From the NCBI RefSeq assembly GCF_032062105.1, contig NW_026928348.1, positions 124,001-188,000 on the forward strand: 64,000 bases of DNA, read 5' to 3'. Positions 24,481-38,467 of this stretch are shown one piece after another. The position numbers were made by a program, and so were the translations under genes. Under the pieces are notes generated by a model. It made no database searches, had not been told where the DNA came from, and saw only the letters and a list, made by a program, of their open reading frames with translations. The first letter of the stretch is position 1, and each line of letters opens with the position of its first letter. Source of the stretch: Saccostrea cucullata. Lineage: Eukaryota.

Positions 24481-27400
24481 TTAAGGATTAACTGTCGACT
24501 GAATGGCTTATCATTCTTACCATATAATCATTACACATTGTATGTTTTATCAAGAATTAATAGTTGAATTTTTCCTCTTTGTCACGAATTAAGATTCATT
24601 TATTTATTTTGCATTGTCCATTTTAATTGATATCCTCAATTTGACTTACTCAAGATTTTATTTAATTATGTGTTAATGGGTTGATTGATATCCTCTCTTT
24701 GACAGCGATGCATCTAAACAGTGTAAATGAAAAACAAAATATAAAGATTTTCTGAATTGAGAACCTTTTCGAAATGCAGTGAAAGGATAACCGCTGATTT
24801 GTAACATAATTACACAGGTCATTGTCATTTCATACAGAATGCTGCTAAACAATCTCTAGCATAAGGTATTTATATTAATTTTACAGGAAATTGTTACTTT
24901 CGGTTTGGCATCATTCTTGAAATCCAATTCTACAGATTAAAAGCATTAAAAATGTACCTGAAACACATTTGTTTGTCCCGTAAGGCTTGAATTTTCCATT
25001 CTTTTTCTTCAGATTCCAGGATAGTTGAATAGTTGAGAAATTTAGTTCTGGTTTTGTTTTCCAACGATGTGCTATATTCTGGCTCGTTCTATTTACTGCG
25101 CAAGTATTACAATACACATGCTCGTTCACATGCTGTATTGGTCCCTCGTCACAGCATGTACATATAAAGAAATTTCATAGTAAATAACAGGAGACATCGA
25201 GTTCTCCGACATAACCTCACGCTTATCGACGATTTTCACTCCATTTTCTCAACAATATTCATATTTTGAAAATTAAATATACTGTTAAGGATACCTTTAA
25301 CTTCAAGGTTAAAACATTTTTTTTTTAAATTGCAAAATGTTCGATGTTGTGGGCATTTAAATTTCAAGCTTGACAAATCGTGTCAAGAAATTGTTAACTT
25401 TACAAATTGTATCAAGAATTTGCAAGCTTTACATCGTTACAGGATTATTTTGAAAGTAACAGATAACAAAAAAAAACAAACAATGATTGATCTAATAAAA
25501 ATCTGTAAACAATACAAACACAGGCGTGTGAAGAGAGCATAAAACACTAGAAATTCCAGAGGTGGAATCAGGTCCTAGGAGGAGTAAACGTGTCCCGTTG
25601 ACCGCTCACACCCATTGTGAGCATTAATTATCACGTAGAACTTTCTGTAGTAAATTTCAATATAAAAAAAATTATTTGAGTATTTAATACAGTGGCCTAA
25701 CAGTTGATATGAAAGATGCTAGCCAAAAAAAAAGATGACTCTGACTGGTTAAATGTGCTAAGAAGATCATTATAGCGACCAAATTGAATTTACAGTGTTT
25801 TTTTTCAAATTCTGTGTTCAAAGAGGTTGTCGAAAAACCTGTAACATCTACTACTAGTAATCAGTGAGTAGCATACCTGCTTTATAAATTAATCGTGCAT
25901 AGAGCATGTTCTTAAGTGTTTAATATGTTGGGGGACAAAAACACTTATGGCAGATGATGGTGGAATAAAATTGCATAAATAAGGACAGATGACGACGGAA
26001 AAGCTGGCGTCATCTTGTTTGTCATACAAATATTAATGTAAGTGCCCCTTATTTGCCTGAATAATTAATTCACATTATAATTCTCAATTAACCGTCTATT
26101 TAAAGTCAATTTAATATCTACTTTAACTTTTATACTTTCAATATGAAATGTTAAATAGAGTCATTAAGTTGGGTTGAAGTTTTTTTTTCGAGTGCTTAGT
26201 GAATCTACTGAAGTGGCTGTTAATTTAGTGTTTTCCTGATTCCCATATTTATATTTCTAACATTATAGATGTAAACAAAAACTTATAACAATGTTGACGA
26301 TAAACGCCAGGGAAGTTCTTCTAACAATTATGATAATTCATGAGCCATTTTTATATAAAAAAAATTATATAATACATGTAGTTTTTTTTTCTGAAAAATG
26401 TTTCATTAAAAAAAACGAAACGAAAAAAGTTGTTCAACGCAAGATCATTAAATATTAATACGTTTTTATATTAGGGGACTTTGAGATTTTTTTTACAATT
26501 GTCCTGAATAAAAATAAGCTTTAAAATGGATAGGTGAGATCAAAAAGTTGTATTCACAATTTGTGAATTTTGAAACCAGAGTCAACTGATTTTTTTTATT
26601 GCTAGAGTAAAGATTTACCAATTATGATTGAGACTGGTCGACAGGGGATATGCTTACTCCTCCTGGGGACCTGACACCACCTCTGTAATTACCAGGGGTC
26701 TCTGTGTTTTATATAATTTTAACATATTTGTATTGTTTGTAAGATTTTTAAAACAACAATTCTTTCTAATGTTCACCTAATTCAAGAAAAACAACAACTA
26801 CAATATTTTTCATCCCGTCAATGCATCAATTTGAACAATTGATATGAGGAATGTTTGTATGTTTATTCCTTTATGAAATCTCATAATTTTTAGTTTAGGC
26901 CAAAAGTTTTAAAGACTGCACAGCTTGCAGACTATGCATAGAAATCCCCTATTGGCCAAAATTGAGACCGCTTCCTGACTGAGGAAAAAAGGAAAATAAG
27001 CATAATCAAGGTTTTTTACGTTATATGTCATGTGTATCTCTTTTGTCTGAAAATTAAATCATATATAATTGACATGGAAAAACCATACTTTAATTCAAAA
27101 TTTAAAAAAAAAAAGAATTTTAGCAACTTGTTCCCAAAAAACTTCCTTGTCATTATTAACATATAACGGTTGTTTTATTGGAATTGTTTTGTAAAAAGCA
27201 ATAATTCATTGCATGATAAACTGCTTTGTTTTAACACCAGTCGTGATCATCGTTGTTGATGGAATATTAGATGAAACTATTGACAAAAATGATGCCAAGG
27301 ACACAAAGCCAACATCTTAAATTGAAAACAAATCTTTTAAAAATTATAATTAGAATGTCTGTTCAACGGCCAATGCACGAGCTGTAAATTAGAGCATTGC

Positions 27401-28280
27401 ATAATAAAATTGCTATTTATAATATTTTGGATTTCCATGTCTAAAAATAAATCACATACCATTTTCTAAATCTAGAAGCTGGGGCTGGTCTACATTGTAT
27501 ACGGCAGGTTCGGGAGACAAGTAAGGTTGTTGTATTACTGGGTATCTATTATACTAAAATATTCTTTCGTTTAAGGATTGAACATGTTGAATCGATTCCT
27601 TAAGTATTGAATGTAATGTTTTTTGTTATTGAAGACTTGATCTCCTTTCATTTGGGGTTTTCTGAGAAAAAGAAACAAAACTCAAGTAATACAACAATAT
27701 CGCAGACTGATGATTAAATTATAAAGTAGTTTATTATTAAGTTACGTACAAATCAGAGATATTGAATTAAACTATGAAAGTAGGTATAACACATACTTTT
27801 TTCAGTAAGTTTCACTGAGAAAAAAATACGTAAATTGCACATCATTTGTGCATGTAAAGTTAAATAACTGCTTTAAATTCTTTTTCTAAAATTCTTAGGT
27901 TTGAAATATACTTCCATACGACGTTGGCATGTGCAGTTGACAAACATACATGTATAACAATTATTATTTCATTATTTGAATGACAGTGATTAATTACACC
28001 TAGACGAATCGGCTGTATTTAATGCCATTTTTTGCATATTGTAAACATGAAATTCAAAAATACAGTTTGCTCTTAATATTTTCATATGTAAAATTTTTCT
28101 ACTTGAATTTCTTTACACAAAAATGACAGGTAGGTGAAAAATGACTATTTTTAAATCATAGTTTATTATGACTATTTTAATCAAAGCATAAATTCAATGC
28201 AAAATTTGACGAACGAAAAAAAGAACATGGATTTACTCGCGAATATGATTGCATAAATAATTCAAGAAAAAGTGGTTAAA

Positions 28281-28294
28281 TTTTCACTTTCATT
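28281..28294. promoter_or_regulatory. IRF-binding/ISRE-like element upstream of membrane paralogue 2
   Basis: TTTTCACTTTCATT (reverse complement AATGAAAGTGAAAA); conserved in duplication unit B. Confidence 0.45.
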
Positions 28295-28465
28295 TAAAAC
28301 AAAATACACTAAGCAGTAGCATGTTTAAGCCTTAAAAAATTATTTGAAATTTCTGTATCATCAACTTAACTGTCAGTAGCATGTCCCAACTAAAAGGAGC
28401 ATATTCATGCCATGATCTTGAGTATGGAATAAGGTGGGAGACATAAACAATATGTGCAGGGAATA

Positions 28466-29523
28466 CGAGGGTCGTTCAAAAATTACGCGGACTTGTTGCA
28501 CAGAAATATTTGACGACATAATCGGGCAAAATTTCACAAATAATATAAAAGAACCTTTACTTATATGGTCCTCAAATTTTCATATCAAAATGTTGTAAAT
28601 TGGTGTTAATTTTGAGTGATTTTTCAGGACATACCATTAAGTCACGGCGCAGCAAAATCTTTGACGTCACAAGCATTATAAAAATATGTGATTGAGCTTA
28701 CATTTTCTCAACATTTTCCCTTGAGTACCTGTATAGTTTGAGTTACCTTATCTACTCAACATCAAAACACCATTTCTTGTCAAGCTTAAAATCTAATAAA
28801 CAAGTAAAGAATATTCTTTTTTTTGTTTTAAAACCAAAAACTACTTATGAGACATAGTGTGATATTGGTGACTCTCAATCACGTTCTTTACAGTCCGGGT
28901 AAAGTTAACTTTTCTTCTATAATCTTCTTCCCGTCCTCCGGTATAGCCTTTTTACAGAGGTCTAACTGTTTAAAATTTCAATTTGCTATTTGTGGGCGAA
29001 TGTCAAGAGTAGCCTAGTTTACTACATGTTTTATTATGCATATTTTGGATCTATGTTGCCGATATCTCGAGCATTACACATATTTTAACAAAAGTGTGGT
29101 GCGCCGTCAATTCAGGAGACGTCATTTTCACAGTCGTTTTCACGGGAATTGCATCAGAGAAAAATCACTATATTTCCGTTAGAACTTCAAATATTACGTC
29201 CGAAATATAAATACATAATAATAGAACAATTTAAAGGTACATTTGAGAAAATTGTTGAAAAATATCGCGAATTTTAGAAAATCAATGAGTTAAATTTTTT
29301 AATCCGCACGCTTTTGCTTCAATTTTTTGTCGTGCGTCGTACCTCTCCATCAACGATATCAACATACCAATAAATTTAGTAGAATTTTTTTTTTAAAATA
29401 CAGAAATGTTGTCCAAAATTTATTGTAATCTTTAAGATACATATTTCTGTTAAATTTTATAACTATATGACGTCTGTAAGAGTAAATAATAGCTCAGTCC
29501 GCGTAGTTTTTGAACGGCCCTCG
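28466..29523. mobile_element. Mariner-type non-autonomous element (TA TSD)
   Basis: ta|CGAGGGTCGTTCAAAAATTACGCGGACT...AGTCCGCGTAGTTTTTGAACGGCCCTCG|ta: 28-bp TIRs with 2 mismatches; no transposase ORF. Confidence 0.85.
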
Positions 29524-29934
29524 TACATGTAACAGGATATTACGTCATAATAAATAAAAGTTGAAAAACATAGCAATTTGAACATATCAATTACATGCCA
29601 TTGGATGTTTATAAGTAACAATTTTTTTTTATTTGGGCAAAATGGGTAAAAATATGACTTAGAGTCCCTTCTCCTTCTCATGCTAAATTGTATAAGCTTT
29701 TTTTCTTGTAATGATCCTCATTTTACTAATACATGTACATGCATCGTGGAGAGTTTGAGCACCAGAGGTCTCATAATTTTTATAACTTTATATATCGCTT
29801 AAGGCAAACCTTTTAGCGAGCAGAGTTCGAAATATATGATGGAATTCATTTTTTTTTCTTATATGTTTTTATATCAGTCCTGATATCTTGATTGTTTCTT
29901 TGTTTCAGAAAACTAATATCCATTCTCACAAAAA

Positions 29935-30630
29935 ATGAATAAATCGTGCAAGAAAGTTTTAATAATAATATATGCTGTTGTGAGATGGCTTCTGGAGGTG
30001 GCAGATTTAGGGCTGGATTGGGACTTTTACATTGAAGTACAACACACAGATCAACAAAGTATTACACGTGCAACAAAATTAAAGAAGGCAATAGTGGGGT
30101 TTGCAGGCATCGGTACCTTTATGTTCACTGCAACTTTACTTTTATTTTGCATAAAAATTTACAAAAAGAGAAAGCAACAAAACTTGAGTAAATCCTATGG
30201 CGATGTCAAGAAAGCTATTTCAGTCTTTTCTTTTTTGTGTACCTGGATTGAGGATCTTCCTCAAATAATCCTAGCTGTTATTGTGGCAGTGAAATCAACC
30301 GAGCTGATTTCCGACGTACAGTTGTGGAAAGCCTGGTATGCTTTAGTGGAAGCATCGTTGCAAGCTAGTATAGCACTCATAGAACTCAAACTGTGTTGCG
30401 TGAACAAGCCAGAAACCTGGAAACGGGTGTTGTTAATCTTGGAGCTGATTGGCATCACCTTTATCTTTCTGCTCAGTGTGTTTTTGCTGATTGAACTTTA
30501 CCAAGATAACTTTCAAGAGATTTACCCACTCCAAAATGCTGCCATGAATTTCACTAGCAACACCACAACTTGGAGCACCCTATTTACTTCTACCCAGCTT
30601 ACGATATTGGACATTTCTACCACACAATGA
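29935..30630 (+). CDS. Small multi-pass membrane protein with XK-like motifs, paralogue 2 (231 aa)
   Basis: LEVADLGLDWDFY and WIEDLPQIILAV; hydrophobic segments; NFTS/NTTT sequons; acceptor ttgtttcag ~26 nt before the ATG. Confidence 0.88.
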   Translation: MNKSCKKVLIIIYAVVRWLLEVADLGLDWDFYIEVQHTDQQSITRATKLKKAIVGFAGIGTFMFTATLLLFCIKIYKKRKQQNLSKSYGDVKKAISVFSFLCTWIEDLPQIILAVIVAVKSTELISDVQLWKAWYALVEASLQASIALIELKLCCVNKPETWKRVLLILELIGITFIFLLSVFLLIELYQDNFQEIYPLQNAAMNFTSNTTTWSTLFTSTQLTILDISTTQ

Positions 30631-31042
30631 CTTATTATTCCCAAGCAAGCTCTTTCAAGTACACTGTGTACTCATTTTGTTCAAACTACGTCTTCAAAGT
30701 GTACAAATACATGTAAATATTCAAATCAAAGTGATTTCCCTAAGCAACTTAAGATTAATTTAATGTTCATTCTACGATACATTTTTTCCGTATATTCTTG
30801 ACTGTACAATTATTGTTATTTAAGAATAAAAAAAAAAAACATACGTTTCATATATCAATAAATCACATCTGCATTCAGGGGTTTATCATTCGAAAAAAAT
30901 AATATGTTAACCAGAAACTTGTGTTCATTTGGAAACATTTGATATTGTTCCTTACCAAAAACATTATGATTTTTTTCCCAATAAAATAATTACAGATATT
31001 CTTTGTTTCATATGTCGTACACACATTTATTTCTGTGTTTCG

Positions 31043-31308
31043 CCTCGTGGGGATCCGGGTTAGAATAGGTCCTCAGTACCCCCTTGCTTGTCGTAAAAGG
31101 CGACTTCATTGGGCGGTCCTTCAGATGAGACCGTAAAAACCGAGGCCCCGTGTCACAGCAGGTGTGGCACAATAAAGATCCCTCCCTGCTCAAAGACCGT
31201 AAGTGCCGAGCATAGGCCTAAATTTGTAGCCCTTCACCGGCAATGGTGACGTCTCCATATCAGTGAAATATTCTGGAGAGGGACGTTAAACAGTATACAA
31301 TCAATCAA
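31043..31308 (+). mobile_element. 5'-truncated SINE with 15-bp TSD
   Basis: TSD tatttctgtgtttcg at 31028-31042 and 31309-31323; (caat)n tail; the equivalent site in unit B (~40251-40270) is empty. Confidence 0.85.
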
Positions 31309-32358
31309 TATTTCTGTGTTTCGTAAGTAAATTTCGTTTCAAATAGAAGTATATTTTTGTAAGAATGGAGTACATGTATATCAAACTTCTTCGAAGATAA
31401 TTTTCTCAACGTTTTGCCCAGACATAACATTAAGGGTGAAAAATAAAGCAGGTACCACCTGCTAGAAGATATTTTAACAAATTGAACAGCCAATTGGTAG
31501 TGTAGTATCCATGCAGTAAAAGGATTAAGGAAAAACTCAATTTTCCACAGTTTAATAATATTAAAGCATTGAAAATAATGTGAAAACATTAAATTATGAT
31601 TACGGTGAAGATATATAGAATACATATATAAAAACAAAATACTTAATAAAACCCATCAGAGTTTGTTTATAGGAATTTGATACTTTCGGTTGACATTATT
31701 GTTTCAAAAATGAAAGAAAAAATTATTTATTCAAAATATACCTCAAATACCTATATGTTTCCTTAAAGGTTTGATTCTTCTATTTTTCTTTAATCTCGAG
31801 ACTCAAGAATAGTTGAGAAATTAAGTTTTGGTTTCGTTTTCGATTGATGTACAGTTTCTCTGTACAGGTTTCACACTGCACATGCTCATTCACCTGATGT
31901 ATTGATTCCTGGTCACAATTTGCGTATTAAAAAAAATCCTATAGTAGATATCGGGAAACTTCTTGGATATATAAAAATTCTACGTATATGCATTATTTAC
32001 TCAAAGGATTAACAACAATCACACGTCCATCGACGGTGTCCTGTGTACTCTATTATTATTAAGTATATCTAAAAAATAATATCTACTGTTAAGGTACATT
32101 GATATTCTGATAAAAGAGATAACTCTTCATGACACAAATGTCTATTATTCCTTTATAAATCTGTCAAGTTAAAATGCCTTTTTTGTCAATTTTCGCCCTG
32201 CAAGCCATGCTATTATGTTTGTATTTTATTCAGAATATACATTTCCTTTGGAAAATCATAAAAGTCAAAGAAAAATTTCATATGAGTATCTACAATAGAA
32301 ATATGTGAAGATGGCATAAACATGCACCCCTGGAAATTCCACAGGTGGGAGCAGTCCT

Positions 32359-32484
32359 GGAGGCCAAAAAACTTAGACAAGCTCAATTTTGATCTCCGAG
32401 TCTCTCTTTTTCACCATGAATTCCTCGGGAAAAAATAAGTCGGAGATCAAAAGTGAGCTCATCTAAGTTTTATGCCCCCCTCCG
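32359..32484. mobile_element. Hairpin MITE inserted in a Penelope-like 3'-end repeat
   Basis: aaaacttagacaagctcaattttgatctccga pairs with tcggagatcaaaagtgagctcatctaagtttt; TSD not clear. Confidence 0.55.
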
Positions 32485-34896
32485 ACCAGGTTCTAAGGGG
32501 AGTTACCATCCCCTGTAGATCTGTCACACCCACCAGCCATTACCCCTATGTATTGATCAAGTAGACGAAACTATTCGTATTCAATTCAGCATAATAACAA
32601 TGGCTTTACAATTGGTATGAAACAAGTCGACCAAAATACGACCCAGTGATTGGTTGTATTTGCTAGCAATGTTATTATACTATGAAGAGACTTAATTTTA
32701 CAATCTTCTGACTTCTACAATTTAAACAATTTAAACAGAGGCAAACTCCAATTACTTAAATGTAAAAGTGAGCTGTCGAATGTAAAAGTAAGCCTTTTCA
32801 TAAGACTTCAATACGACCAATTTTGTTGACTGTTATTCAACGAGGTTGATGAAATCCCCCTAACATCAACTTATAAGTGTGTAGCTTGCCTCGCTTTACA
32901 AATTGATGGTACATAGTGCAAGCCCTTGAGTAGCGAATATTTTGTGAGACACAAACACCAAAATATGAAACAGAGGTCGCAGACTTTGATTGCCTGAAAA
33001 TCTGTTTCTAAAATTCTAGAAAAACATCATGGTGTTATTATAGAAAATAAGACATAAACTTATAAGACTGCAATACTTTAGCACTGAAATAGAATTTTTA
33101 AACCAACTCATCTTTTCATTTTTGTTTTCTGTACGAAACTAGCACATACCAATCCATGAAGTGATTCTACTTTCCACTCGGCGAGAAGAGTTTTGACTAT
33201 GTTTACGTACTAGATTAAAGAAAATAAAGACAAGCATGTCATATATGGTTGTGTAGATAAATTATCGTTGAAGACAATGGTAATAAACAGTTTGCCCGTG
33301 CATTTCCTCTTCAGGTGTAAATGAGTGCAATTCTGGGGGGTGGTACTCCTTGTTATTCGGAGTTAGATACCCTGTGTTATTATTATACTATGGGTTAAAA
33401 AATTATTACCGAAACAAGTGTCTGTATTAAAGCGTGGTAAACTAGCTCTTAAAAGCTTGATGAGTTACATGTACTTAGCTGATGTCTAATGACCTGTATT
33501 TACATGTATCTATTTTTACCCCTTATTTTCTGAAATAAATTCACCACAAAATTCTCAGTTAACCGTCAGTTAACTAAAGAGTCTTGAAATTAAATAGCCT
33601 CTAGGTTTTACACTTTTTTATATGAATTGTAAAAAGAGTCATAAAGCTGTCCTCGAAGTATAAGTACTCCATAAAGTAGTGAATATACTGAAGCGGCTAT
33701 TTTATGGTTTTTCCTATTTTGATAGTTGTACTTGTCAAATATACTAGTAATCTCTAGCTGTTACCGAATATTTGTAAAAAGTCAAAGAGGTATTCGATTT
33801 ACTCAGTAAATTACTTTGAACAATTAAATATTTACTAGTACATTATGAAAATGATATTTTTTTCAAAATCAAAACAAAACAAAAATACCGTTTTAAATGG
33901 TATTTCTGTGAAATGTAAATTTCCTAAAAACAAAAAGAAATAAAATGTTCTTCAATGCAAGGTCTTGCAAACTAATAGTTCTTTGTAGAGTTTGAGATCG
34001 TTTACGAGTCATGAATACATGTATGAAATTAAATAAGAAATGAATGTGATCAGAAAAATGGATAATTAAACTAGAATCAACTGAAAACCTTATAAGAAGT
34101 GCTACATGTACACTCAACATCAAGTTAACATTTACCAATAAGTAGAGATTTTGGGCAGATTAAATTTAAAATATTATGTGATGCAAAGCTAGGAAACCAC
34201 AACATTATTGTTTCACAAATATGGGATTAAAAATATGTCTATCACTACATGTATCAGAAACTTTATACTGTAATCGTAAAACGCATAGAGTTTTAAAAGT
34301 CCCACAAACTCATTGAATGTAAATGTCTAATAGGTACAGGTACAATATGGGTATTTCGAATACACCGTTAAAGCGGAATAATCTTGGATAGCCAACTATA
34401 TGAATTTAATGGATTCCTTAAACGGATATTACGAATTAGGATATAGCTAAGTAATTCTATGATAAGGTCCCTGCAACTTTGTTATAACCGATTTTTACTC
34501 TGTATTATAGGTTCTAAAGCTTGGTCATTTGCATCATTAAGCAAAAGTCGAGCACTTAAAAAAAATATAGGCAATATATTATAACCTACATATAGAGCTT
34601 GTTTCTCCCGGTTTGCTCGTTACGCAAGAGCATGATGGCACAATGCAGGCTTTCGAGAAAGTCGGCAACCTCGTTTGGAGCCAGCATTCAAAAGTTATAT
34701 GGTCGTTACGGAACCTTGTTTTCGTGTAGAATTTGTCGTTGGATCTCATGTTTGTCGACGTTTTTATATAAATTCAAAGTCCGTTGTTTTCACAATAATC
34801 TGTGGATTTTCCGTTTATCCGATCAAGAAAAGTAGCACAAGGCAATTGTGACTGGTTGACAAGGGATTCTTACTCCTCCTATAGGACCCTGATGCC

Positions 34897-34966
34897 TCGC
34901 CTCGTTCCCGAGGCCTTCTGATTGTGCAAGTGCTTGCACAATCGGAAGGCCTCGGGAACCAGGTTA
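34897..34966. mobile_element. 70-bp hairpin element with 9-bp TSD, inside a Penelope-like remnant (~34595-35030)
   Basis: cctgatgcc|TCGCCTCGTTCCCGAGGCCTTCTGATTGTGCAAG-TG-CTTGCACAATCGGAAGGCCTCGGGAACCAGGTTA|cctgatgcc. Confidence 0.75.
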
Positions 34967-36991
34967 CCTGATGCCCTATGGCCTTTCCAGGATTCTCAGT
35001 GTTTTGTATCATATTATCAGATTTGTATTTTTTGTGGTTTTTTGAAACGATAACTCTTTCAATTTAACTCTTTTAAGAAATAACACCAACAACCTCATTT
35101 ATGCTCCTGTAATCGAAGATTCTGGTATATAGTTTTTGCCCTGACCATAAGTGTGTAAGAACTTTAACCTTGCCCATAACTATTTAGTGGATGGGACTAT
35201 GGCTTTCATATTCAACAAGTTGATTCCTCGTGACATGGCTTTTCTAAGGGTACCACTAAATTTGAACTTTGACCCAATTTTACAAAAAAATATCAACATT
35301 GGCAATAACTTTTAAACATTAAATACTAAAGCGTTCATTTCTTTTTTACGGGTGTATAACTTAGAAAAAGGCCTTCCTTTGGACCTTGATTTTGTAGATT
35401 GACATGCATTTGAAAAACTTCAACCCTCGCCATAATCTGTCATATGGGGCCATCAGTGTTTCACAAAATCGTTATGTTTTGTATCCCGAATCTTGAATGT
35501 ATCAATCATAGTTCAAACAATTATAATGAATGTATAACGAATGTTTTTTCACTTCATGAAATTTCTCAATTCTTAGCTTAGTCCAAAAGCTTTAGAGACT
35601 GCATTTAGCTTTATGCCATCTCGAAATCTCTCGCCAAAAATGAGTTCGGGCCATGATTGAGAGAAAAAAATGAAAAATTTTATGAACATAGTCAAGATTT
35701 TATGCATGTTATATGTCATGTGTAACTCTCTTTTCAAAAAAAAATCATATAGGAGTTTGAGTACTTTCCAAACAGTAATTTTTATACTTTTTAACATGAC
35801 AAAAAACAACAACCCCATACTTTCTGTAATCAAAAGAGATAAATTTGAACTTCCGTGTCATAATAAACATACTAGTACACATATTAGCGTTGGCATACAT
35901 GTTATGCATGTTACTTTTCTTTTATTGGAATTGCATTTGAAAAAAGCAATTAGCTTGCCAACTTTTTCATTTTTAAAGTCGTGATTATCGTTGTGGATTG
36001 AGTGAAGTAACTAAAATAAAGTCAAGGACACAAAGTAAAAATCACTTTCATAATTAATGCAACAGCCCTAATAGAATGTCTGTGAACTGACCAATCATTA
36101 TAATCCATTATAGTTAAAGCACGTGCATTAAAATGCATTGTTTAAGGAAGTTGCTATTTTTAAAAATAAATTTTCCAAGTTTAAAAATGTTTCAATTAGT
36201 CTGCATTGTATAGAAAAAGTTCCACAGACAGGTACGATTATTATTTGTTTGGTTTTTAACATGATAAAATATTCTTTGATACAATTTCTAAAGTTTTTGC
36301 ATTTTATTTTATTAGGGATTTGATCTTTAATTTCTTTTTCTGAGAAAAAGAAACAAAACTCAAGTCGACAATGTCGACAACTGCAGACTGGTGATTATAT
36401 TATAAAATGATAAATATCTACGAAAAAAGAGAGATATGCTTAACATTAGATTACACTTTCAACGCAGGGAGGTAGTTTACCAGTAATTTTCAAATGTAAA
36501 AAAAAAATCATGTAAATTGCACTGAATTCATGCGAAACTGATATAATTCAATGAAAAAATTTAACTTGTGTTAAAATTAGTTTCTTTGTTAGTAATTCTT
36601 TGTCTTGAAATATACATTCAACAAAGCTTGCAGTTGACAAACATTTGATAATTATCATTTTCTTATTTGAATGACAGTGATTATTACACCCAGACGTATC
36701 GACTAAATTTAATGCCCCTTTTTGACATTACTGGAGAAATTAAATGGATAGTTTCAATGTAAATTAAGTAAGGTTTTAATTTTGTAATATGTCGGAAAAT
36801 TCAGATTATTTGAATTCAACAAAAAGGAGAGGCAGGTGAAAATAGACTAATTTCATTATATTTTAAAGTCTCGATATCTATTATAATCAAAACATACATG
36901 TACTTTTTTTCAATACAAAAATTAAAGATCGTCAGAAAGAAAAATTTCCTGTTGAATATAATTGTATAAATAATTCATGAAGAAGTGGTTG

Positions 36992-37009
36992 AGTTTCACT
37001 TTCATTTTC
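36992..37009. promoter_or_regulatory. ISRE consensus match upstream of membrane paralogue 3
   Basis: AGTTTCACTTTCATTTTC matches AGTTTCNNTTTC and adds a third GAAA core. Confidence 0.5.
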
Positions 37010-37216
37010 ATTATTCTTTTTAATGAAAACATACTACGCAATTGCGCATTCAAGCCTTTAATTAGGAGGGTTTTGTAATCTTTGTACATACATGTAACAA
37101 TAACTTAAATTTCAATAGCCCGTCTCAGGCAAAAATTGACCATTTTCCTTCCGTGCTCTTGAGTATGAGTATTGACTATATTGAGCATCTCGAATAAGTT
37201 GGGATAGGTAAGCATT

Positions 37217-37371
37217 NNNNNNNNNNNNNNNNNNNNNNNNNNNNNNNNNNNNNNNNNNNNNNNNNNNNNNNNNNNNNNNNNNNNNNNNNNNNNNNNNNNN
37301 NNNNNNNNNNNNNNNNNNNNNNNNNNNNNNNNNNNNNNNNNNNNNNNNNNNNNNNNNNNNNNNNNNNNNNN
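37217..37371. other. Assembly gap
   Basis: Run of N. Confidence 0.99.
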
Positions 37372-38467
37372 AAGATGAAAATATGTCGGCTAATAAAAAG
37401 GCATTATCTCAATCTGATTTCCATCAATTCGTTGGTAGGCCTTGTCTTAGAAGACTAATTGTACATTACTTTGTCAATGAAGAACACTAGCTTCCTTAAC
37501 ATATCTATTTCAGTACTTTTGTGTAGAATCAAGCTGATTCTTGACAGAGTAATTTTGCTGATGTCCTATTAAAAGATTTTTATATTGAAGAACCAATTAC
37601 CTTGATATTAAAAAGCCTAGTTTTTAATTTATTGCAATGATGCCGTTGACCGGTAATGTATATTGTAGAAAATCTATCTTTACATACCATTGTCATAATT
37701 AACTCTTCTGACAAGATTTTCATTTCGTTATAGACGATATTTGGTTATAAAATTGATTGTTTTTTCATAGAGGTATCAGCAGCTCTTTAAAAAAAACACA
37801 CACACACTACATGTCCCACATGTGCGTTTTCTTACTAATGTGTTTTCGTAGTAAATATAATTATGCAATTCAAAATGTAAGTTTAGAGCAATTTGAAAGA
37901 TACATACGCTTAATATGACTACTAGTTATAAGTATAAACCTAAGTATTTCATAATGGACCAATCATATTCTCAGTTAATGTGCTATGTCGGTCCAAGTCA
38001 GAAATCATTCGCAACTTAAAATTTGTAAACACACTGCCTTTCCAATGGACCAGAAAAAAGTATTGATGTTAGAGCCATAATAAAGAATTGCAATTACTTA
38101 TGAGTTATATGACTATCTTTTTTTCTTTCGGAGACAAATGCGTTAACTTAAGAGGAAAAACTAATCATTATCTTTCAAAGAACTTTTTCCTTTTAATTTA
38201 ATGCTAAATTATATAAGCTTAAATGTTTTCCTTGATGTAATGATCCTCATTTTACTTACATAGTGGAGAACTTGAGTAGTATATATCTCATAATTTCTAA
38301 AGCGTTTAAGGCAAGCTTTTAGATATTATTGTGCGAAATAATCTTTTTCAATAAATTCTGACTGCTAATAGAGTCATTAGTTCTTTTTGTTTCCTTATAT
38401 GTTTATAACAATTCTGATATATTGATTGTTTCTTTGTTTCAGAAATTTAATATTCATTCTAACAAAG

